Shown here piece by piece: positions 36,884-48,050 of a DNA stretch of 64,000 nt. The position numbers were made by a program, and so were the translations under genes. The DNA is from Rhodosorus marinus CCMP1338 (taxonomy: Eukaryota > Plantae > Rhodophyta). Location of the stretch: NCBI GenBank assembly GCA_029953675.1, contig JAMWBK010000005.1:806001-870000 (forward strand). Direction: 5' to 3'. Each line of letters opens with the position of its first letter. Within the stretch, counting starts at the first letter, position 1. The notes beneath the pieces are model-generated. The model saw nothing but the letters and a program-made list of their open reading frames with translations. It was not told the DNA's origin and searched no databases.

Positions 36884-39800
36884 ATGGATCTACAGTCTTA
36901 TGTCCTGAAGGAGGGCGGAGACTGGGGCATTTGGCGTACGCGTTTTCGGAGTTGGCTCCGGCGGTGGATTTCTTTGGAAGGAGGCTCGCTTCCCCTCCGT
37001 GGGGGCATTCCCCCAGTCGTCCTTCCTCGTGGAGACCTTCTAGTAGCTGGAACCATTCTCGATTTCATCTTCACGAGCCTGGCTCGCAACATTCGGGACA
37101 CAGTCATTTGGGTTTTTCTGGGGGTCATGCCGCGCCTAATTCTGGCCCCCATTCACACATCGGAGCGCACATGGCGAGTACGAGACCGACTGGCCCTGTT
37201 CTTGAAGGGAGACTTCGAAGTACTACAGCGCAGCTATTTGGCGTCGTCAGCACCATCCGCCCGTCGGACTCGGCATGGCACAGTGTCGCCCGTGCCGGCT
37301 CGAGTACAGAAATTGGTAGCAGTGGGCGATTTAAGTCGAGCGGCGCGGGTTTTGGAGGGCCAGGCGCCTGTCCTCCCTACGATGATAGTCTCGCCCAGAC
37401 GGTGTCGTCTTTGTTCCCTGAGTCCGACGTGGATTTGTCCCCTGAATTCGAGGTATTCTTGGACCGTCCGGAGTTGGCCAGGTTTCGCATCGATCTGACG
37501 CTCAGTGAGTCTGACCTGGAGGATTTGCTTCGTACCTCGCGTCGGGGACGCTGTCCCGGACCCTCCGGACTAAGAACAGAGCTATTGCAGGCCCTGAGCC
37601 AGCCTGGCAAGAGCGCGCTTCTGAGGATCCTTAACAAGTTGTTCCAGGGCGTATCGGGTGCGTCTGCGCCATGGGAACATCTCCGGCAGGCACAGCTTTG
37701 CTTGCTCACGAAACCTGACCACCAGCCGGCCCACCCGCGTCTCCGGCCGATCGGGATGGTGGAGAGCCTACGGAAGTTAGCCGGGAGGTGGCTATGCCAG
37801 CGCCTTCGCCAGCGCGTCACAGCTTTTATGGCGCCCTTGCAAGTAGGGGTGGGATTTTCTGGGGGTTGTGAACTCATCACCCATGGGATCGAGCTAGAAC
37901 GCGCCAGTAGGCCGGAGTGGGGAGTCTTGGTGGTTGATTTCCGGAACGCATTCAACAGCGTGTCGCGGACGCATGCGCTAGAGGTGCTCCGACGTGTATT
38001 TCCGGAGGCGTGGCCGTTTCTATCGGGTATTTACGCAGGGGAGAGCCTCCCCTACTTGACAACGGAGGGCACTGTTTTTCAAGCACATACTGGCGTCCAA
38101 CAAGGCGACCCTTGCGGACCTCTTCTTCATGCCTGTGCCCTACAGCTCGTACTTTTACGTCTTTCGACTGAGGTCTCGGATCTTCGAATCTGCGCGTACC
38201 ACGATGACGTAACATTGCTGGGCACCCCTGACACCCTGGCTAGGGGACTGACCGCGATCGAAGCGATTGCACGTCGCGTCGGTTTGACTGTGGAAACAGA
38301 AAAATGTCGCTTTCTCCCCCCGAGGGACGTGTCGCTGAACTCTCTGCCACCCACTCTGCGACTAATCAGCGAACGTGAAGGTTTCGAACACCACGGCGTC
38401 GGATTGGGGACTGACAACTTTGTCCAAGCATCCTGCGAGCGAGTTTTGGCACGGCAGAAGCAACTCACCGACGCCATTGAGCACCTACCCGACAGCATGC
38501 TGCAATCGGCCTGCTTGCTTTCCCGCTTTTGTGCCGGTCCCAGACTCAACTACTGGTTGCGCAGCCTGCCTCCAGCGTGGGGCTCGTGGATCGCGGCTAA
38601 AGCCGACGAAATGACCCTGCAACACTGGGGAACGCTCTTGGATGAGCCCCTCGATCTTGAAGCTGCTCCCGACAGGGACTTTATTCGTGCACAGATCGCT
38701 CTACCGTTGCGATTAGGGGGATTCGGCGTCGCAGACCGTGGGCTGGTATGCTCGCCAGCGGCGGTTGCCTCCTGGGCTACCGCGCTGCGAACGTTGGTGA
38801 CCTTCCAGATGCGAAGTGCCTGCCTCTTGGCTCGAGCTTTGACCAACGAGGATCCAGTGACCCTGCCGTCCCCGCTTTTGACAATTTATGATGGTCTTCA
38901 ACACGCGTTCAGGAGGTGCAACGCCGTGCCGGACGCAAATCGGTCCCGCTTTCGTTCCTGGAGGGAGCTGTTATGGGGACGAGCTGAAGCGATTGAGGAT
39001 TGTCCCCTCGACCGAGTTCTTGCCGATGACGGAGAGGCTAGCCCCGGGTCACCTGTTGCAGACTACCCGGGTTTGAGCCGATTGTGGAGCTCCCGCACTG
39101 ATGTGATTCAACATAGCCTCACCTGGGGCCAACACAGTGCCGCTCACACAGTCATGCTCAATTCTCCTCTCACGCCGCCTACCACTGCCGCTCGTCTCCG
39201 CGGCATGGGAGGCCACCTCTCACTTGTGGTTAACCACTCTACCGTCGTCATTGAGTCATCGTCTCGATGCTTTCCAGTTCCGTTCTGCCGCACGGATCTA
39301 TCTCGGTTTGCCACAGGCTCCGTGGCACTCTAATCGGCCGTCTTTCTGTCAGGGATGTGAGAGCCGGATTGACGCTTGTGGCTACCACTTCCTGGGTTCC
39401 TGCGGACTGTTGCGAGGTCTCCGTACGAGGCGTCACACTCGCCTCAAGTACATCCTCAGCGAATTTTTGACTCGGATAGGGCATACGGTTGAGGTTGAGT
39501 CGGAACTGCCCAGATCAATCTCGGACTCTGCACCGCCCCGTTGTATAGCCGATCTCCTCGTCTCTGACGCTGCTGCCAGACGCTCAACATATGTGGACCT
39601 TGCGATTACCTGCCCAGTGGCCAGCGCCCACCTCACCGCAGCCGCCCGCCGCCGGGGGGCCGCGGCTTCAGCCCTTCGAAGAGTTAAGGAACGACGGTAT
39701 GCTGAGAGCATGGCCAGTCTGCCTTGCGCTGAGGGTCGCTCTCACCGGTTCCAGCCATTCATTGTGGAAAGCTTTGGTCACGTCGATAAGTCGGGTTTAG

Positions 39801-39952
39801 AGTGGTTGCGGAAATGTTTTGCTGAGCATCCTACTGAATATTTGGCGCTCTTGAGGCGTTTAAGTGTCTCCCTTTGGCGATATTCCAGCGACATGCTTTC
39901 CGAGGCGCGCCATCGGCGCCTGGGGTTGCATACTTCCCTCCCTAGTTATTAG
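36884..39952 (+). pseudogene. ORF2: CRE-clade reverse transcriptase + CCHC + restriction-like endonuclease (~1020 aa when repaired)
   Basis: LLTKP...LRPIGMVESLRKL, QVGVGFSGGCE, VDFRNAFNSVSR, GVQQGDPCGPLL, AYHDD, CQGC-x8-H-x3-C, RH, ADL..YVDL, KERRY and PFIVESFG. A 1-bp deletion at ~37376 and a 2-bp deletion at ~39221 are each intact in sister copies. Confidence 0.93.
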
Positions 39953-40097
39953 TTCATCTTCACGCCTTGCGTAGCGCTTCAGGCTATGCTAGTAAAGTCC
40001 AGTAAAGCCAGTAAAGCCAACCATGCTTTATTGTTGGACGCGCGTCATCAGAGTCTCGTCCCTCGCGTCTCAGCGAAGTTAGGCTCTGGATAAACGG

Positions 40098-40771
40098 TTG
40101 ATTGATTTACTAACATAGCCTGATTCGCTACGCAAGAGGAAACTAGGTACTAGGGCACTGCAAGCCCAGGCAGCGGTTGCGCGCCTCGGCGAGCACCCCC
40201 AGAGCTCGACACTCAAACGGCGGAGGAGCATCAGATATTCTTCAGGATGTTCCGTGAAACATTTGCGCAGCCACTCCAAGCTTGAACTTTCCAGATGCCC
40301 AAAGCTTTCCAAATTGAAAGGCTGGAACCTGTGAGACTGGCCCTCTTCCCGGGGAAGACTGGCCATGCTCTCAGCGTTCTTTCACGCGGCGAAGTGCAGA
40401 AGCTGCTGCCCCCCTGCGGAGAGCGGCAGAAGCGAGATAGGGTACCGGAACCGGGCAAGTGACAGCGAGGTCCACATATGCTGAGCGTCTGGCGCCTGCG
40501 TCCGATACCCGGAGATCTGCGATGCAATGAGGAAGGGCGGTTGCGAAGGTTGTTCGAGGCAGTGCCGATTCCACCTCGACCGTGTAGCCACCTTTTGTCA
40601 AGTGTTGGCTCAGGATGTATTCAGGCGCGTGTGTATCTTCAGGGGATGACTTCGTAGCAGTCCACACCAGCACAGAAAATGGTACTCACATCCGTCGATA
40701 CGAGTCGCACAGGCTTGCCAGAAGGAGGGGCGAATGGAATGCCAAGGGGCATGTGGCAAACCCAGGTAGAT
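40098..40771 (-). mobile_element. Family A subfamily 3 fragment, 5'-truncated, with 20-bp TSD
   Basis: RLE motifs (IADLRVSD...YVDLAVTCP, FNLESFG). Flanked by GTTAGGCTCTG(G/A)ATAAACGG at 40078-40097 and 40772-40791. Confidence 0.88.
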
Positions 40772-40791
40772 GTTAGGCTCTGAATAAACGG

Positions 40792-42110
40792 ATGAATGAA
40801 TTTGTTTAATCGGAGGCCGAAAAAAAAACCGAGAGGAAAAAAAGACTACTGGCGGCGAAGATCGCGCACCTCCAACATCAAACGTTCATACGCCACAGCG
40901 GGAAACTTAGGCGGGTAAACAACGAGGAGAGGCGGTCAGGGCGTTCACGGAATAACTCCCGAAGCCAATGAGAACCACAGAATCCATAAACCCAAGCGCT
41001 CAATGACCAGAGGTACCAGGCGATGAGCTGAAGCAGAACCGCGAATGGCTTGGCCAGAAAAAAAAACCGCGTATTTCACTTCTTTGTGACGTCTCACAGT
41101 GGCAGGCGGCAACTCCACGGCGCTCTCGCGCAGCCGGCGAATAACGGCTAGCCTGAGGATTAGGAAGAGCAAGATCAAAGTACATCGTTCGGCGGCTACC
41201 GTCACGGTTACCACGAGGTCAGGCACTCGGCATTCGTCGTTTTGGTTGCCTTCGACAGGCTGGGGCTTACCACATTCAATTTCAATTTCGTCTCGCCGTA
41301 CTGCAGGCCATATTTCGCGGTACAACACGTTCAAGACAGGCGTATGTCGGCGGGTTCGGGCGCCTTTCACAGCCGGGCAGCTGGCGAGAAGGTGGGTTTC
41401 TTCGTTCTGAGAGCATAAAGGGCATGGATAACCCACATCGGAAGGCCAAGGCGGCTAATTCAATCCTAGGTACAAGCAGAAGAGAAGCGCGCACTTCAGA
41501 ATACCTGAGCCAAGGCGGGAAAACTTGGAACAGTGGTGAGCCATTGCAAGCTGCGACAGCCCCACAGATTCCGCGGGTGAGCGCGAGCACGAGGACAGGA
41601 GACATTTTGCGCCAGAATTCGGGCGTAAGCAGCACGGTACAAACCCAAGCACATGTGAGGGAAGCAACAACAATGCGAAGAAAAACAGGCATTACCCTAA
41701 AATCCAGTCAAACAAATCCAAAGAATCGGAGAAGCCACAAAAAGCCAAGCTGACCGCAAATGACAAGCGAGAAGGTCAGAGGATTTTGTGCTTACTGATT
41801 TCAACTTGTCTCGTCAACTTCAGCTCACGAGTTCATGACCAAGTCGCCGTTCTATGGGTCGAAGTTCGTGGTACAACTCGTTCAGGATCCGCGTATGTCA
41901 GCTGTAGGTCCGAGTGCCTTTCACTGTCGGGCAGTTGGCGATCAGGTAGGCTCCAAAATCCGCCGTGTCTTCGTTATGAGAGCATGCAGGGCAGGGCGAA
42001 CCCGGCTCGGGAGGCCAGGGCGGCTGATGCAATCCTAGTTACAAGCGCAGAGAAGTGGTGGTTGTGGTTTTCAGGGTGGTTTTACGCGCACTTCGAAATT
42101 CGTGAGCGTG
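40792..42110 (-). mobile_element. Decayed family B copies
   Basis: CPLCSQNEETHLLASCP...VPDLVVT...LVPLVIE. A second B-like knuckle region lies at ~41980-42110. Confidence 0.75.
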
Positions 42111-42282
42111 AGGGGCGGAAAATCTGGAACTGTTGTTGGTAATTGAAGCCGAGGTAACACCGCAGACTCCGCAGGGGAGCACAGTCATGCGGAAAGGAGA
42201 CAACTTGCGAAAGAAGCTGACCATAGGCAGCGCGGCGCAAGTCCCAATGAACGGTGTTTTCGGGTGTTTTCGAGGAATGCAT

Positions 42283-42350
42283 GAACTGGTTTAACCGGAG
42301 ACTGAAATAAAAACCCAGAGGAAAAAACGACTATGCACGGCAAAGATCGC
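42283..42350 (-). mobile_element. Family B 3' tip (~70 bp) abutting the U2 5' end
   Basis: Reverse complement GCGATCTTTGCCGTGCATAGTCGTTTTTTCCTCTGGG...CTCCGGTTAAACC matches family B stop and 3' UTR. Confidence 0.75.
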
Positions 42351-42600
42351 TCGTCTTCTCGGCCTTTTGGCTAAGATCAAGTGTAGTATCTGCTCTTTCA
42401 AGTGTAACAACGTCATGCATCTAAATTTTAGATGCTTTTGTTACAAATACTAACTTTCCTGGTGGGGTTTATGTTTGTTTAGGGGCTTGCCACGCCCGTA
42501 ATACTAACTTTCCTGGTGGGGTTTATGTTTGTTTAGGGGCTTGCCACGCCCGTTTACCGCGCTTTGCTCAGATTTTGATCGCATTCTGTTTGGGAGCACC
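42351..42600 (+). ncRNA. U2: U2 snRNA gene or pseudogene with a 54-bp internal tandem duplication
   Basis: CTTCTCGGCCTTTTGGCTAAGATCAAGTGTAGTATCTG is the invariant U2 5' end with branch-recognition GTAGTA at 42383-42388. Loop TGTAACAA has its complement TTGTTACA at 42438-42445, and a IIb hairpin GCATCTAA/TTAGATGC is present. Length is ~196 nt after removing the duplication 42446-42499/42500-42553. Confidence 0.9.
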
Positions 42601-42639
42601 GCTTTTACTCCCCTCCTCGTGACTCCCTGCAATGCTCGT

Positions 42640-44255
42640 TGTTGTTTTATCGATATTGTTGCAATCAGCGGGTCATCTATTGGTTCCGCTCGCTCCCGAC
42701 TCACTGGGGCCGGTGGCTGGCAGCCCGTGCCAACGACAAGAGCTTTGGTGAGCTGGGATATTTCTTAGATGAGGAGCCGGGTCATCTTCCGCGCCCCACC
42801 TGTAATGTCGGTCGCGCCAAATTGGGCCTCCCCCTACATCTGGGCGGTCTGGGCCTCTGTAACCGAGCTGCTATCCAACAACGGCCGTGCTCGGGTCTTG
42901 GGGCACCGCCTTCCCGACATTGGGTGCGTTGGGCGTGTCAAGTTTCCGAAATCTGGAGGCAATCTTTCCAGCGAGTCCGAGATTTGTTTCTCGAGCTCCA
43001 ATCGGCGATGTCATCCTGCACCAGTCTCCTTGCCGACCTACACCTACATCTAGCTGGCGGCTGGCTGGCTGGTGAGCCGCTTTTCGCGTGCTTGTGGCCT
43101 CGCGACCCGAGCATCTGCTGGTCCTGTACCTTCCGCGCTTGATCTTGTGGTGGCTGAGGAAACAGAGGCCCCTCGAGATCCTCCTGATGATGGACCGGGC
43201 TCTGGCTTGAAGTCGCGTCAGCGCACGCACGGATAGTTTGCAAAACACCCTATGTTGGGACTTGCACCTACGGCCGACTTCTCGCACAGATGGTCTCATG
43301 TTCCCGAGACCGCGCCCACCTGCGTAGTCTTGGGGAATGTATTAGCTCCTAGTGGTTCATGATCCCGCTTTTCCGCCACTCGCACTCACAGATTTCGAAG
43401 TGCGCACTTCCGTACGCTTATACATCGGATTGCATCAGCCGCCCTGGCCGTCCGAGATGGGGTCGCCGTACCCTCTATGCCCTCAGAGCGAAGACACCGC
43501 GGATTTTAGAGCCCATCTGCTCGCCAGCTGCCCCACTGTGAAGGCGCTCGAACCAGCCGACTTACGAATGAATTTGTTTATTCGGAGACTGTAAGAGAAA
43601 ACCCCGAGGGGAAAACAAAGACTATGCGCGGGGAAGATCTCGCGTCTCAAATATTAAAGCAGCGTTCGTACGCCACAGCAAGAAACTTGAAGGGGTAATA
43701 ACGAGGAGGGACGGTCAGGGCGTTCGCGGAACACTTCGTGGTCACCTGTGATGATAGCCACGGTACGATGTACGTTGATCTTGCTGTTGCCAATCTTCAG
43801 GCTAGTCGTTGTTTGCCGGTTGCGGGAAAGCGCCGTGATTTTCCCGCTGCCAGTATGAGACGCCGCAAAGATTTGGAAGATGCGGGGGTTTTGTCTTCCC
43901 CAGATTTTCGTGTTTCGGCTCTAGCTCATCAACTGGTACCTCGGCATTGAGTGCTTTGGTTTATGGATTCCATTGGTTCTCGTTGGCTACGGGAATTGTT
44001 CCGCGAACGCCGTAACCGTAAGCTTTACCGTCTCTCCTCGCTCTTTACCCGTTTAAGTTTCTTGGTGTGGCGTATGAACGCTGCATTGACCTTGGAGGCG
44101 CACGATTTTCGAGGTGCACGACTTTCGAGGCGCCATAGTGCTTTCCCCCTCCGGAGTTTTTTCCTTCAGTCTCTCATTAAAGAAATTCATTTCAATTCAA
44201 GCAACTAAAAATATATTCAATTCAAGCAACTAAAAATATATTCAATTCAAGCAAA
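42640..44255 (+). mobile_element. Decayed family B-like element with antisense B 3' piece inside and an expanded 25-bp-unit tail
   Basis: LGLPLHLGGLGL, VRLYIGLHQPPWP, VTCDDSHGTMYVDLAV and a B-type 3' end. Tail repeat TTCAATTCAAGCAACTAAAAATATA at 44191-44253. Confidence 0.75.
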
Positions 44256-44557
44256 CAAATTCATTCAATTATAGCAAATTGTGGACAACTCAATAAGCCA
44301 ATATTCATTCAAAAACTGAATACCGCGATTGTTAAGAATTATAAGCCAAATTGTGAGCTACAATTTAATATATTTTAGTAGATATTTTTTTTAGTTTGTA
44401 TTCGATTGATTTTGTTTTAACCGCTCTCCACCCTCCCACCCCCCCCCCTGGCGGGCCCCGCGGAGAAGTACTGTCTTGAAGAAAATGGAGGAGAGGGGGG
44501 GGAGGGCGGTGGGCGAATATTCCCCACAGATGCCAATGAGCATTTTTTTATGAGACT

Positions 44558-44921
44558 GGACTTTGGACTTTACTAGCATAGCCTGAAGCGCTACGCAAGG
44601 CGTGAAGATGAACTAATAACTAGGGAGGGAAGTATGCAACCCCAGGCGCCGATGGCGCACCTCGGAAAGCATGTCGCTGGAATATCGCCAAAGGGAGACA
44701 CTTAAACTGGACTTTTTTTAACGCCTCAAGAGCGCCAAATATTCAGTAGGATGCTCAGCAAAACATTTCCGCAACCACTCTAAACCCGACTTATCGACGT
44801 GACCAAAGCTTTCCACAATGAATGGCTGGAACCGGTGAGAGCGACCCTCAGCGCAAGGCAGACTGGCCATGCTCTCAGCATACCGTCGTTCCTTGTGGCG
44901 ATCCCGCCACAAGGAACGACG
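44558..44921 (-). mobile_element. Family A 3' fragment with fold-back 5' junction
   Basis: Near-identical to the end of ORF2 and the 3' motif. Perfect 17-bp hairpin at 44884-44921. Confidence 0.9.
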
Positions 44922-45029
44922 CATTCGTTTGGTTGTTCATATTGGTAGTGGTGGTTTTACTCGCAAAACTCGTTTGGTAGTTTTGGCGGGTTGTTTTGGT
45001 TGCACGTTGGTGGTTTTTTTACTGCTGGT

Positions 45030-45800
45030 CATGGGTTATTAGCATAGCCTGAAGCGCTACGCAGGGCGTGAAAGGGACAAATGAGCTAGGGAGAAAACTT
45101 GCAAACCCAGGCGGCGATGGCGCACCTCGGCGATGCATGCTGGTAGAATGCCGCTACTAGCATAGCCCGAAGTCCTACGCAGTGCGTAAAGTGGAACTGG
45201 GAATTAGGGAGAACAATGTGCCCCCATGCGGCGGTGGCGCGGCGAGTATGCCGCTAGAATATCGCCATTTTGCGACACTTAAACGGCGAGGGTTGCCAGA
45301 TATTCGTCAGCATGGTCAGTGAAACTTTTCCACAGCCACTCCAAGCGGAAGTTTTCCGCGTGCCCAAAGGTGAAAGGCTGGAGTCTGTGAGATCAGCCCT
45401 CAGCCCGGTGGAGACTGGCCATGCTCTCTTCGTACGATCGTTCCCTCAGTTGGTGCAGTACAAAAGCTGCGAACCCCCGCCGGAGGGGCAGCTGGGAGAT
45501 AGGCGCTTTACACACGGCCAGTAACAGCGAGATCCAGTTGAAATATGCGGGGCTTCGTCTTCCCCAGGCATTCGTGCTTCGGCTCTAGCTCATCGCCTGG
45601 TACCTGTGGTCATTGAGTGCTTTGGGTTTATGGACTCCGTTGTTTCTCGTTGGCTTCGGGAATTGTCCCCCGAACGCCCTGACCGTCTGTCCTCGTTGTT
45701 TACCCGTTTAAGTTTCTTGCCGTGGCATATGAAGGCTGCTTTGATATTTGAGGCAAGCGATCTTCGCTGCCAGCACAGTCCTTTTACCCCTCGGTTTTTT
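45030..45800. mobile_element. Stacked decayed family A 3' ends (minus strand) and a family B 3' fragment (plus strand)
   Basis: 3' motif variants at ~45040 and ~45157; VIECFGFMDSVVSRWLREL at 45606. Confidence 0.75.
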
Positions 45801-46079
45801 TTCTTTCAATCTACTATTGGGCAAATTCAATCAGGCACAGTACAAAGAAGTGTAAAAAAGTGTAAAATTCTCCGGAGGGTATCACATATAAGTATAGAAG
45901 TGGAGTCCCTCCCCCGGTGGCAAGGGGTGCGGGGGACTCCAACGGTGTGCGCTGGATGTGGCCTTTGGAACGTCCTGGGATGAGTGGCAATGTATCCGGT
46001 CTCAATCTGTAGTTCTCAAATTACGTATCTGGTTCTTGCTTAATTTCGATAAAAATCGATCGATTCAGCCATCACTCTA

Positions 46080-48050
46080 TCACACCCCGAACAGATTTCG
46101 TCGTGCCTTCGCTGCCATATGAATGAATGGTGCCATAAGGGTCATTATGCTAATAAAACCAACCATAAGCGTCGAAGTCTGGCTGCGGTGGAAACTGTGT
46201 ATACGATTAGTACCATGCGATGTCCATATTTCCGGTATCGGCAAGCCCAACAGCTGCCGTATACGCTTCTGTTCCGCTGAACTCAGGCTTTTCGGCCCGG
46301 GCGTCAGCATTTCCCGTGACCACGCTCCCGCTTTGGCTCCCGCTGCTGCCCGAATTCTGGTCCGACCTTCAGGAGAAATTGCTTGCGGGAAACCAGCATT
46401 TGGAAAGCTGCATTGTGTGCCTCTCTTGCGAGGATTTGTTGAAATGAACCATGTTTCCAAGCTGAGGGATCGGCTTCTTCAGCTCCTTGGGCGAGTTCCT
46501 TCCTCTGCTTCAGGGTGGCAAGGTTCTTGATTCGTACAGGCGCCTCCGGACGCAGTGTGTATTGTGTGTGCTGCGGCGGACGCCCGGATTTGGTTAGGAA
46601 GCCGTGCTGTTGAGCATTGGATTCTCCTCAGCGTGCGTGTATCTGGGGCCTCTTCCGTGGATGATTGCTTTTGGACCTCGGTGAGCTATTGTCATTCGCC
46701 GTGAATCCCTTGGAAAGTTTCCCTCCAGGCCGAGTAGAAAGCGATAGGCTGGATCCGTTGTCTGGTAGCGAATCCCAGTCTACGCCATCGACAGGGGAGT
46801 GCAATCTGGTCAAGCGTCGGTTGTAGGTAGTCTTAGTCCTCGATGGCCATAGTGGTGAGGGCTCCAAATAAGATATCGAGGTGACAGCGCGTCAGGGCGT
46901 CCGCCTCACATGCAAGTGTTCTTCCAAAGGGGTAGGCGAGGCAGCGTAGAAAGTAGTCCAGGCGTGATTCAGCACAATACCGGAACAGGGCCAGTTTCGT
47001 AGTCAGCTCCTCGGGGGGCAGGTGCAGTATCTCCTTAATAGTTTCTCGTGCCTGTTTTGTAGCTGGCGGCACTCTCTTTGGACGTAAGGGCGTGTGCCCA
47101 TCGGTATGGACTGGATGGTAACTCCTTCTCGCGTCGCCGTTACTGCAGGGGTGTCGCGGCTGAGCAGTCGAGGCGTAGTCAGAATTGTGCCGTAGAAGGT
47201 CCACTTGGCAAGCTGTAGTCGGGCTCCAAGGGAGGTGAGCAGAGTCCGACCCCTGTGTAGTGAATCTTTCAGCAGTTGTAGCGGTCCTACGATAGTGATG
47301 TCATCGCGGATCGCCACAACGGTTAGATCAGGGCTTTACTGTGTAATGCTTCCAGAAAAGGAGCCAGGGATAGCGCATGTAAGACCGTCCAAGGGGATCG
47401 CCTTGTTGAACTCCCGCTGTGGCCCGTAGCGTCAGGCAATGGGTATCTCCTTCGTCTGGTCTTAAACAACGGAGGAAAAGAGCCAGAGCGAGCGCAAGTA
47501 GTACAGGGCCGAGCGGATCCCTCTTCTTGTACACCAATGCGCGCACGCAGATGCAGACGGTCGTTGGCGCCTGCTCTGCCTTCCGTCGTGTTGCCATCCT
47601 AGTTGAAGAGGACTGTCAGCAGGCGCAGTTCCCTATGTGAATTGGAATATCAGGTGTAGCTCTGGGAACAGGACTGTAGTATTTTTCGATAGGCGCCGGT
47701 TAACACGATTGAAGGCATTGGACCGGTCATGTTTGAATAGCACGTGCGAAGGTTGATAGAAAAGATGTGCTTGCACTGTGTGTAACGCCTGCTCACAGCC
47801 ATATCTGACAGGTATACCAAACTGTTCAGGTGCCAAAAAGGCCTTCAACCTCTCCGAGACCCCTCGTAGCAGCCACCAGGCAGCGATTTTCCCCAGCACT
47901 TCAGGAATCCTGATCGGTCTCACGCGAATATATCCAGGTGCCTCATTGTCTGCTTCCTCGTTTCCTTGCGGATTCACAAAGTGGATAAGTCTGGTGTGTC
48001 GAAGCTCTAGTCGCAGCATGGGAGAAAAAAACTGCTGGATTGCTTGCTAG
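46080..48050 (-). mobile_element. Family C CRE-like element (RT to knuckle), heavily decayed
   Basis: VRPIRIPEVLGKIAA, QFGIPVRYGCE, DRSNAFNRV, GVQQGDPLG, AIRDDITIVG, RIRAAAGAKAGAW and RQLLGLP. Confidence 0.88.

Larger units (their letters stand above)
35590..40020 (+). mobile_element. Near-full-length family A CRE-like non-LTR retrotransposon (two ORFs, RLE endonuclease)
   Basis: ORF1 35635-36699, ORF2 36884-39952 (two frameshifts), conserved 3' hairpin motif and repeat tail. Confidence 0.92.

Noticed and set aside
42351-42420. Elements being U2-targeting Utopia retrotransposons
   Set aside because: No element 3' or 5' junction is flanked by U2 sequence. The U2 5' region where Utopia inserts is uninterrupted, and the RT motifs look CRE-like rather than NeSL-like.
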